Source: Chrysomallon squamiferum
Lineage: Eukaryota; Animalia; Mollusca
Length of the DNA: 64,000 bases
NCBI GenBank assembly: GCA_012295275.1
Contig: CM022677.1
Span: forward strand, 8,432,001-8,496,000
Direction: 5' to 3'
Shown here: positions 52,290 through 64,000 of the stretch, in pieces
Position numbering within the stretch: the stretch's first letter is position 1
How the letters are laid out: each line of letters starts with the position of its first letter
Position numbers and translations under genes: made by a program
The notes under the pieces: model-generated
Told to the model about the DNA's origin: nothing
The model's input: only the letters and a program-made list of their open reading frames with translations
Database searches by the model: none

Positions 52290-55200
52290 ATAATGATAAC
52301 GATAATAATAATAATAATAATAATAATCATTCTCATTAAATTTGTTCATAATAATATTATTATTATTATTACTGTTTATATTTTTGTTGTTTTGTCATCA
52401 TCATCAATATCATCATCAACATCGTCATCATCATCATCATTATTACCATTATTATCTAACTGAAAAATTTGAATCTTCATTAATTAAACTATCTAAATCT
52501 ATAATAGCAACAAATAACCATCCCATTATGCTGTATTTCCACCTACCATTAGCTGACAAGGAGAGTTATGGGCCCTGAATTTTGCATTATAAACAATGCA
52601 CCGTTCCGATGCATGAACTGGCTGACCGAATAGGTCAAAGTCCTGCCATTTAATCTGCTGCATGCTTGACATCACCAGCTTCTCCTGTGCCAACATCTTC
52701 TCCACCTGTCCATACACCTCCTGCAGCGTCTGCAAATTGATGTTGGTCAGCTTTGAGTAGACCTCTCTTAGTCTCTCCTCCCCCAGCATGACAGCCGGGT
52801 TGGGCCGGTTCATTGAGACGTACTGCTCAGACAGACATTTCTCAGATCGTTTGGGTTTTCTTCGAGGAGCAGGTTTAGGTCTCGAGAGTGTGCTGCTGTT
52901 AGACTGTGAATCAGACTCAGAGGAAATTGTTTCTTTAGACTGGGAACGCATTGTCACTGCTGGAAGCCCCAAATTGGGATTGGTTTGTGATGGCGGAGAG
53001 TGAGAAGAATAAGAAGGCATCTCTCCTGACACTGGTTTGCTCTGACTGGTTGGCTGGTTGATGGTGTAGCCATTGGGAATCTCTTCGTAGATTGGTTGAG
53101 AAGCGAGAACCTGAAGTCGGTTCTCGTCAGCATCATCAAACACTGGGTCCTCCTCTTCGATTGTAGATGGTGCGCCAACAGATGCTATCGACAATGTTGA
53201 TGTTGTCATCAGCGATGGTATTGCACCACCTAATGATCCCATAGATATTATTGATGAAGACATCAATGATGAAGTCATAACTGAATCGCTGGCGAGGTCT
53301 GATGTGTTGGAATTGGGGGGCACTGGTTCAAGATAGCCCTCGGCAGGAATATTCGGACAGATGGGTGTCTTGGTTACAATTATCTCCCCTGTTATTGGGT
53401 TGATCTGAGGAGTCCCGTCCAGCTTGGGAAGAATGGATTCGTAAAGATTGTCAAACGTCCCAAGGGGAGATATAGGTGGGAGGTCGTCAGGGTACTTGTG
53501 TGTGGGTGACTGATCTGAAAAAAAGATAATAGAGAAAATCAGAATTTGATATAGCATCAATTTGATTCTTTTTTTTTTCTTTAATGGTATTTTCATTTAA
53601 ATGTATGTGTGAAGCACATACACATACACAGAGAGAAAGAGAGAGTTCAGAAAATAATAACATAAAGAAAAAGTTCCAGAAACATTTTATTAAATGAAAA
53701 TCATGAAATTAGCTTAATTAAGAAATATTTATATTATTAAACTGAAGTTCTATTATATAAATTCAGTTTAAAAAATAAGAAATCTGAAATTTTATTTAGA
53801 AATTGAAACATAAACATTTACAAACAGTTTCAAAAAGAAACCATAATAACAAAATTATTCACTTTCTGATTCTGTGTTAAAACTGAACTACAACTTCACA
53901 AATTCTACCTTTGCTAAATAATTCTACATCAAGCAACAACAACAAACAAGACAGAGAAAAGAAAAGAAGAGACAGAACACTGAGAACTATTAAAAACTCA
54001 GACTAAAACTGAAGGACACTTTGGCTGGATGGTGAAGGTTTCCTACAAAAACATGTAAAGATGCTTCATGCATTAAACTAGCCAGAAATGTGAAAAATCT
54101 AAGACCAAGAAATGCTTCTTGCTACATGCACATGTCAAATATAGCAAACAAATCAAGGTACATTACTCTGTTAATAATCTAAGGGGGGTAATTCTATCAA
54201 TTCATACAATATAAAAAATATGAAATGAAAACATAGTTCAAAATGTATACATGCACATTCCATTTATATTTCATTTTAGAACTGGGGACTATGAACATTT
54301 AAAAAGTTTTGAGATAGGAATGTTATTATTATTATTGAAGGGAGATAACTAGAAAACCAAGCCATCACCATTTCAGACAAAGTTTCCTTACTGAAAATCA
54401 AACCTGAGGCAAATGCCGTGTCATCACCTAGAGACAGAGTGTTACGTCTGTTTGTCAGTATCCTTGTGTTTGTCATGTCCGTCACCATCTGTAATAATAA
54501 CAGTAAAAGCCACAGTAGTAGGAGGAGAAGGAGAAGTAACAAATTACATAAGAAATGAAGATGTTTCTTTGCATTGTATAGAGTTAAATAATCCATAACA
54601 ATCTGAAATATTAAGTTTTTATTTTCCAAGTAACACATTTATTTATTTAAAGATTACTATGGTCATTCATTCATTCATTCATTTGTTTAAAGGTTACTAT
54701 GGTAATTCAGTCATTCTTTCATTCATTAATTATTAATTCATATTTGATTGATTCATTCGCACTCTGTCACTTACAACTGGTCCAGATATGTCGGCAACAT
54801 TTATCTTCTTGGATCTCCTCGGCAGAGTTGTTTCAGTTATTGACTTGGCACGCTTCACTGACGGTGGGGGAGGGGCTGGAGCTCGCGACTTCTTATTGCC
54901 CAGCTTACCCAGAAAACTTTTACGACTCTGGGGCAGGGCAGTGGGTAGTTCAATTTTCTCCCTCACAGGCTCTGGCTCAATGAACGTTTTGTTTTCTTCT
55001 GGTTTCTCCTTGGCTGTAGGTGACTTTGGTTTCTCTTTCAGCAGCTTTTCCTTTACCAGCTCTTTGGCTATGGAAACTTTTTTACTGATTTTTGGACTTT
55101 CTATTCGGGAACAAGGTTTTGAATTCTCTGTTTCTGTTGGGGAGCTCGGATTCGATTCATCTAACTCTGGAACGGGAGAGGTTGGAGAGGGAGGTAACTT

Positions 55201-57966
55201 TGTCGAGTCTTTAATCGATGCTGCTCCTTCTGTAGACCTGCTCAGTCTGAGTTCCAGCTCTCGAGCAAAGTCTCGACTGTGGGGTTCTGAAATGCGATTT
55301 GGAACTGATGTTCGGACAGGAGGAGCTGGTGGGGGGATTCTTTTTGGACTTTTAGCACGTCGGCGGACAACGGCAGCAGCACTGTCATCAACAGATGACT
55401 GCTTTGATGATCGATGTCTTAGTGTGGAATCGTCTCCTATAGGTGGCGGTTTTGCAGGAAGTTGAGGTCGTGAATTTTGACCTTCTTCTTTAGTTTGGCA
55501 CACTGATGATCTCTTGAGCTGTAATTAATAAAAATAATGATGATAACAATATTGATAATAATAATGGTAACACTGATGATAATGTTAATTGTATAATGAC
55601 AGCAAAAATCACAACATAAAAAAACTTAATTTTAAAATTAATGACAATATACAAATAATAATAACAATAATAATAATAACAATGATGATTATGATGACGA
55701 TGATAATGGATTTAATGACAGTAATGATAATACTAGTAATAAATAAAATTAAAATAATAATGATATATTATTATTATTATTATTATTATCATCATCATCA
55801 TCATCATCACCCTCACTCACAATCTCAACACCTACATGCACATAATAATAATAATAATATAACAAACTGAAGTTAAAATTCACTGTATTTTTCTACCTGT
55901 GAAGATGAAGTTTTTATGGCTTCATGTTTAGGAGTTTGTTTTGGACTTGAGCAAACTTTGTTTGAAGGACTCACTGTCGTTTCAGCAGACTTGGAAACTT
56001 TAGACTCAGACCCTGTAACTGTGGCTGACTCTGAACTGTTCGTACAACTCACAGCAGGATGGGAGGATGGTGGAAGCACTCGGAATTTAGCCTGCGGAGA
56101 AAACTTTGAACTTCGTTTCTCTCCTGGTGACCTGCTGGGGACAGCAACACTGTCAGTTTGTACAGTGTCCTCACTTTTTGGTTGCTCTGCTTTCATGAAT
56201 GTGATGTCTGGATTAATTTCCATTGGAACCTCAGGAGAATCACGACCGCGCCGCAGAATGTTCCGGAAGAATGAAGTAAATCCACGTCTGCTTTTGGCAG
56301 CGTCAGCCATCTTACTTGAAAGACGGGAACTGTCAGGTGAATCAGTGTTTGGAAGCCCAAGAACTGGTTCGCTGCTTGACTTTAGATTCATCTGGCCATC
56401 TATGTTGGGCATGGTTACTATGGATTTCCCCATGGTAACCATTTTAAAGTTTGGTTCCGACACAGGTGCTGCAGGATTGGTTAAACGTTTGGTCGGAGAT
56501 GTTGGAGGTTTGGAGGAAGAGGTTGGAGGTTCTGGAGGGGGTGGACTGGGTGGGCGGGGTGCAGGACGCTTCATCCTGGTTTTTGTCAAATCTAAGTTAG
56601 CAGCAACAGTGGCCATGCGAGATTCGAAGTTGCTTGACTTTTTTGTAACTGTCTGTGAATCTTTTTTAGTGACAACTGGACTGTCGGTGGATGACTCATT
56701 GTTTTTGCTGTCTGTTGACTCAGTGAGGAAGTCGCTGTACTTAATCTCCATTCCACCATAGCTCGCTAGCACATCATTCAGCAGTTCAACAACCTCCAGT
56801 CCTGCAATGGTGCTTTCAGAATCAGAAAATGAAGTATTCGACTCAAACTTCTTCTCCCAATCTATTAAACACTTCGATTTTGAGTCACCATCATCCTCCT
56901 TCTTTGTCTCAGCATTGTCTTTCCCTGAATCTGCTGCTGCAGATGAAGTTATTTTTGTAGGCTGAGATCCTGATGCCTCGTAGAGGCAGTCTGTGATGTC
57001 ATCAACTGTGTATGATGTTATGTTCTCTCTGCGAATTATGTTCACTATTTTATAGGCAACCACAGAATCTGCCTCAGGTGGGGCAGCCATTTTGTCACTG
57101 TCAGATGACAGTGATGATGATGGTGATGATGATGTAGCAGAAGGCGAGGCAGATTTCAGTTTCTCCATGTAAGGATTTTTATAATGTTCAGAGCCAGAAG
57201 ATTCGCTGTCTGCCTTGTCACCAATGTTGTCAGCAATGCGCTGGAGTTCTATATCCGATGCAAACACATCATCAAGAGACATTTTAGAAAGAGGCTTTTT
57301 CCGCATTGGGAATGTTCCATATGTTTTGACAGTCCCATCACAGTCGGAGAGATTGGGAAAGCGGTCTGGTTTTAACAGAGAAGACAAATCTTCAAACTCT
57401 TTAGATGAAGGCTTCTTACACTGTTTCGATGAGGTTTTCAAGTTTGAGATATCTGCGTTCCAGATCGTGTTTTCTAGAGCAAGTAATGCAAACTGTTTCT
57501 CTTCTTCAGTCAGAGAGATGTCATCACTGCTCAAAATAGCATTGCCAACATCAGAGTCATCATCTATCAAATTATCAGCACCACCGTCGTAACCTATAAT
57601 TTCTGGCTCACTTTCTTTAAAATTAACTTTACCAAATTTGCATTCTTTCTTGGTTTTTCTCTCAGTCTTTGAAACAGTCTCCCCACTTAACTTCTTCCCA
57701 TTAGTTCTGACAACTTTAGAAGAGAAGTTTTCTTTAGAACTGTTTTCTTCTCCACTTGTCAACACAAACCTGCCACAGTTTTCTACATGCAAACCGTTTG
57801 GCTGAGACTGTTTCAAAATGGCTGACCGTCTTTTCACAGGGACTGGTGAAGAGGAATCAGACGACTGACATCTTCTGATTGGACTGTGTTCTGACTTTGA
57901 CCTCTGACAGTTAGCACAAAGGTCATGGCGCCAAGCATTCTGGGTAAATTCTGAGCATGAAGACAT
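51180..57966 (-). CDS. PEAK1: PEAK1/pragmin (SgK269/SgK223)-family pseudokinase scaffold, about 1579 aa; exons 57966-55897, 55518-54775, 54488-54404, 53514-52547, 52052-51180
   Basis: GT-AG introns with consistent phases (0,0,1,0), total 4740 nt. N-terminus MSSCSEFTQNAWRHDLCANCQRSKSEH resembles the PEAK1/pragmin N-terminus; long S/P-rich region; C-terminus LQLLSSMSH...YILWGP...WLETER...LDEYYRLKFL resembles the PEAK pseudokinase and SHED helices. Symbol denotes family, not proven orthology. Confidence 0.85.
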
Positions 57967-58212
57967 TCCGCATAAGAGTTGATCCACGAGTCATGACCTT
58001 TAAAATAAATAATTAAAATTAGTAATTAATAAATCCAGTGAAATAATATTTTATATGGGCTTCCATAATATAATTATAATATGTACAACATTGTATGAGT
58101 TTTTATTTAGGTTTATGTTTTCAACAAAATTAAAACATTAATTGTGTTACTGGACATTTAGGTCTATATATTTTTAATCTATTTAATTCATAGTGTGCTG
58201 AGCTAGAGAGCT

Positions 58213-58243
<31 letters not shown>

Positions 58244-58328
58244 GCAACAAATTAAAGGTATTCTCAAAATCAGACGTAATTCTCTCTTCAAAAATATTAG
58301 TTTCTTCTATTATTCATACATTTCTTAA

Positions 58329-58366
<38 letters not shown>

Positions 58367-58818
58367 GTTCAATGTATTATTAATTTTACTAGAGATTATA
58401 TCTCTCTTTCTAACACAGACAAACCCTACAGCTACACATTCTCTCACTCTCTCTAAATTCCTTTTTATATATGTAATTCACTCACCCTATGTTAATTTGT
58501 GTTCTAATGTTTATATTATGTAAATGAAGAGCATGTGTAGAGAGGTAAATATGTGAGTATTTACTGTGATCATGATAAGGAGTGGATAATAAAATGTAAT
58601 ATCTGAGTCTGTAGGCTTCTCAAGTTACTCAACTCTATAAAAATGTTTGTTAAATAATTTGTTCATACATCTACAGGCTTTTGAATCTGAAAAGTGTGTG
58701 ATTTAATGTGTGTGTGTGTTTAAAATGCATTTATGTTAATGTGACTGTCATTATTGGTTTCTGTGGGATATGTGGGTGTGGCTGGATAAGTGTATATTTG
58801 ATTTAGTATAATTGTATG

Positions 58819-58852
<34 letters not shown>

Positions 58853-59155
58853 TGTGTGGGTGATCCTTAATAATAATAATTTAACTGAATGTAATTTCAA
58901 GATATAGCTAGATATTCAAAATATTTATTTTACAGGGTATACTTACACACGTAGCCTACAGTAAATAAAACTGATCATAACAACAAAAATAATTCTTTGT
59001 GATGTCTACAAATATATTCACATATAATGATATATAAATCTTAAACAAAAACAAAATATACATATGTAGGTGGGTTTTTTCATTTGTTTTTAAAAAAATC
59101 TTTAAAGTAAGATTTAAAAAATAAACATAATGTGTTCACATTTTCATTTTATTAC

Positions 59156-59211
<56 letters not shown>

Positions 59212-59749
59212 TTCCAAGCTACAGCTGTACTAGAATATTGTTGAAAATTTAAATATGTTGAAAAATGTTCTAACATGGAGCAGGCTGAGAGACAGGTAGA
59301 AACGTGTATTTTTCAGGTAAGTGTGTCAATACAGGCAGGTAATGAGAATCTGTGGAATTGCATAGAAAAACAGACAACAATGGGAAGTGACACATGCTAT
59401 GCAGAAAGAAACAAATTAACTTAAATAAAAAATTTAATAGGAAAAGAGAAGAAAAAAACTGATTTTGGTTAATCAATTTTACTTACACACTGACACAAAC
59501 ACACCTACTATACACACAACACACCCACAAATATATACATACACAGAGAGACAGAGAATGGAGAAAAGATATATATTAGAAACTGAAAAAGATAGTAAAG
59601 GATAAAGAAAAAGACAGATAAAAGGAAAGAGAGAGAGAAAATTATAATTTCTGTTCCCTAACTCAGAGATTGTTGATAATAAAAAAAAAATGATAAAAAA
59701 CAGCTGCCAGAAAATATCATACAGAAAATTATCTCTGTACATGAAATAA

Positions 59750-60045
59750 TAATTATTATTATTATTATTTTATTATTATTTCTATTAGTATTAGTAGGTA
59801 AAACTACATTATTATTATTAGTAGTAGTAGTAATCAATTATTATTATTGCTATTATGATTATTATTATTATTCTATTATTATTTCTATTAGTAGGTAAAA
59901 CTACATTATTATTATTAGTAGTAGTAGTAGTAGTAATCAATTATTATTATTTCTGTTATGATTATTATTATTATTTCTGTTATGATTATTATTATTATTC
60001 TATTATTATTTCTATTAGTAGGTAAAACTACAATTATTATTATTT
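59750..60045. repeat. AAT-based tandem repeat, 3 copies
   Basis: TTAGTAGGTAAAACTACA core three times within (ATT)n. Confidence 0.75.
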
Positions 60046-63019
60046 GTAACATAACTACCCACAACAGCAATAAACAAGAAAACAAAAAACATAAAAATAA
60101 TGATAATTAATAATAATCATCATCATCATGACAGTGATCATGATGATGTTGATGATAATAATAACAATAACAAACAACTAAGATTGTAAAAATGTATCAA
60201 TTAATAATATTTCTAAGCAGCAAGTTGTAAATGTCTGAACAGAAATATCCACTGACCTTCATGTTGAACAAAATAAAAATGTTGTATGGCAGTTCAGTTA
60301 TACAGTGTTAGAGACTAATTGCAGGCTGGTGTTTTAGACCAATATGTTAATAAGTGTAGAGAAAGTCACAGGCAGCATCACTGAGTTATAATGTTGACTG
60401 TTGACATTGTGAATAACTATGAAAATGAAATACTGATTATTATTTTTGTTGATGGTGTTGTTGTTGTAACTATTATTATTATTATTATAATTATTATTGT
60501 TGTAACTATTATTATTATTATTATTATTATTATTACTGTTATCATTATTATTATTATTACTATTATTATTGTTGTTGTTATTGTTATTATTGTTATTGTT
60601 ATTGCTGAACATTATTACTAACACTACTACTGAATTAAAATCAATAATAACAATACAATAAAAGAAATAAAAATAATAACACTAAAAAAATATTAGTACT
60701 AATAAAAATAATGATTCTTATAACAATCCTAAAGAAGTTATGTTCAGTAAGTTAGTAAGAGATAAAATATATTATTCACAGACAGTGACTAACTGTGTCC
60801 AGTCATCTGGCCTCAGATGACCACACTATGCTTCAAATGACCACTCTATTTATCCACTGTCCATTAGCTTTGACAACTGAGGTCAGTATCTGATCTTACT
60901 GACACCTTGTGGAGAGATGTTCTTGATGTATAACAAAACCTGCTTGCCTCAGCACTTGCCTAACCACTTGTTGTATACCATATCCCGTTGAGACATGCAC
61001 AGTATTGTTATATTGTAAGATATAATAATTATATGAATATATATAATGTGTGTGTGTGTTTGTGTGAGAGAGAAAGTGTATGTAAATGTATTTAATATCA
61101 CAATTATTATTGTTATTGTTGTTGTTGGCACTGCTGTTATGTCAAATTAGAAAAAAAAATAAGCATCAATGTTATTGTACGAATAATAATAAACAAATAA
61201 TAATATTATTGTAAAAGTTGTATTATAATAAAATAATAACAATAATAACATTATTATTAAACAATAACAATACTACTACTAATAATAATAATTAGTAGTA
61301 GTATTGTTAATAAAAATGTTATTGTATGTATTAGGTCAAACTGGTAGATCATCTGTAAAATTTGGAACTGAGATGTCATCCTGAAATCTGCCTCTACTTA
61401 AATCTAATCAGAGGTTTAGAGGCCTCAGAGAACAATCTTCCTCTACTTAGACTTTGACAAGGCAGATCACTCTAATCAGCAAAGTTTTACATGGCAGTAA
61501 TTAATACACCCAGTAACTACAGACACCATTTGCATGGATTAATGGATTTCACAACTCAGAAGCTTCAGGCAATAAGGAGGAATTTACCACCAACAGGTTT
61601 GCTGGAAATGTGTAGGTCAAGCAACTTCCTGTTTTGTGTTTTAATTATATATTTATTTAAAATTAAATATATATATATATATATATAAAAATAAATATGT
61701 AGTAACAAAAAAAGAAAAAATTAAATATATATATATATAAAAATAAATATGTAGTAACAAAAAAAGAAAAAATTAAATATATATATATATATATATATAT
61801 AGAATATTAAGGGGTTTTTGTTTGGTTTTTTTTGCTTTTAATTATATATTTAAAAAAATTAATATTGTTAACTCTTTTGGCAGAATTATATAAAAATATT
61901 TACATACTTGTAAGATCCTAACATAGTTTTCTAACTATGTCTATCAGTCTGTTACATAAAGTCTGTGTTAAAAACTGCCAAGTTAATAAGCTTAAATGAT
62001 GTTTGAGAAAAACCAACATCAAACAATTTTATTAAATTACTACAGATATGATACAGTTTCAAGGACAGCTTTTTTATTTTTTTTTTTATTTTTACCTTTA
62101 TTATAATTATTTTTTTTTTTTTTTTTGTATGTAAGAGAAAGCAGTAATAACTACAGTGCAAACTTTTAGGTAAAAATAATTTAATAATAATAATAGCAGT
62201 AATAATTAATTATATTTAATTAATAATAATAATGATCAGGAGGAGGATGATGACAATAATGATAATAATAATAAGTGACTCTTGCTGAACTATTTTGTAA
62301 TAACAGTCTTTTATATATCGTCAAGAAAAATTGTTTGAATAGGATTTTAAAAAAGAAAGTCTAATAATAACACATCAAATAGGACTGACTGGTAACAACT
62401 AAGATGAACAGTAAATTATTTCTAAAATCATCGCTGGGCTCCTGCTAAATGCTGTTAATTAATCAATTAATTTAAAATTAGCTGAACCCATAAATAATAA
62501 AGCATTGTTGCATACGCTTCACACTTTTTTGAAGAAAAAAAAAATTGAGAGAAAAAAAAAAAAGAAACAAAAATAAATAAATAAAAAGAGAAAAAGAGAA
62601 ATAATAAAAAAAAGAAGAATAGTAATAAAGCCTTTTTTAATATATTCTTCTGAAGAGTACTGATAAAAAAAAAAATAATAATATTAATAAAATAAAAAAA
62701 ATATAGAAAAAGAAACAAGAGAGAAAATGAACAGAGAAATTCAAAAAAGAAAAGTGTAAAAGAAAAAAAAAGAAAATAAATAAAGATCGAAAAAGAAACA
62801 AAATAAGTAAAAAAGTGAAAAGAGAAAGAAACAAAAAAATAAAATAAAATAAAAAGTAGGAAGTTCTTATTGTTGGTAAATATCAAAATGTTCTTTCATG
62901 GCAAATGTAAAGAAAGTGTAAATTCCATCAGTTTAAGAATGTATCACCAGAATCAAAATATTACATCCATTTTAACTTGTCTTCTTGTAAAAATACCTCT
63001 CCACACAGAGCAAACAGCC

Positions 63020-63541
63020 CATCTCCCAGACACACACACACAAACACATACATCTCCCAGACACACACACACAAACACACACAAACACACACACACAAAC
63101 ACATACATCTCCCAGACACACACACACATCTCCCAGACACACACACATCTCCCAGACACACACACATCTCCCAGACACACACACACAAACACACACATCT
63201 CCCAGACACACACACACAAACACATACATCTCCCAGACACACACACACAAACACACACACACACAAACACACACATCTCCCAGACACACACACATCTCCC
63301 AGACACACACACACACAAACACATACATCTCCCAGACACACACACACAATCACATACATCTCCCAGACACACACACACAATCACATACATCTCCCAGACA
63401 CAAACACACACAAACACACACAAACACACACACACAAACACATACATCACCCAGACAAACACACACAAACACACACACACAAACACATACATCTCCCAGA
63501 CACAAACACACACCCACACATCTCCCAGACACACACACAAA
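63020..63541. repeat. CA-rich minisatellite
   Basis: ATCTCCCAGACACAC core repeated about 15 times; source of several spurious THT/CVC ORFs. Confidence 0.95.
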
Positions 63542-64000
63542 CAGGGTAAGAGAAAAATTTGCTAGGGAAAATGATCATAAAAAAATTGACAGATAACACT
63601 TTAATGTAATACAATTGTTATTTGAAAAATTATTATTATCATGGTATTTCTGGTTGATAAGATGTTACATAATATCAGTGTGATTTAAACAGACTAGTAT
63701 TATTATTGTTGTTGTTATCATTATTATCATTATTATTTATTATTATCATCATTATCATTCCCATTATCACTATCATTATAGTTTCAACATCATCATCAGT
63801 TTTTTAATCATTATCATCATCATCATCATCATTTTATAAGCCAATATTATTGTTTGCATTAATCTTATTCAAATATATGAAAAATAATTAAATTTATTAT
63901 TATACTTTAGTTTGTAGTAAAATGCTGAACTGAATTAATAATCAGATAAATAAATAAAAAAATAAATTGACAAATAAAATGAATAAATGAACAAAATATA

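Noticed and set aside
54788-57592. Long + strand ORFs (225, 281, 125 aa)
   Set aside because: Antisense shadows of S/P-rich PEAK-like exons.

Overview
AT-rich, microsatellite-rich animal genomic DNA with spliceosomal introns; the gene and TE content suggests a mollusc or other lophotrochozoan (inference). From left to right: a decayed Ty3/Gypsy LTR retrotransposon (~812-8516) with gag, PR, RT, RNase H, IN, a chromodomain-like remnant, an extra env-like transmembrane ORF, a tRNA-Ala-type PBS and an interrupted 3' LTR; a TA-flanked Tc1/mariner (Tc2-like) MITE; several minisatellites; an RTE LINE remnant; a 5-exon gene for a small TSP1-domain type I membrane protein (+, 19004-21940); two convergent, intronless paralogous class A GPCRs with apparent gene-conversion tracts; a short C2H2 zinc-finger gene (-) whose last codons come from a satellite; a deleted pogo-like transposon retaining a PHD-finger ORF; and a 5-exon PEAK1/pragmin-like pseudokinase gene (-, 57966-51180) with an apparently much reduced kinase C-lobe. 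Exon models were built by hand from GT-AG sites and phase continuity. Family calls rest on remembered motifs, not database searches. Most other ORFs in the track are translations of simple repeats.
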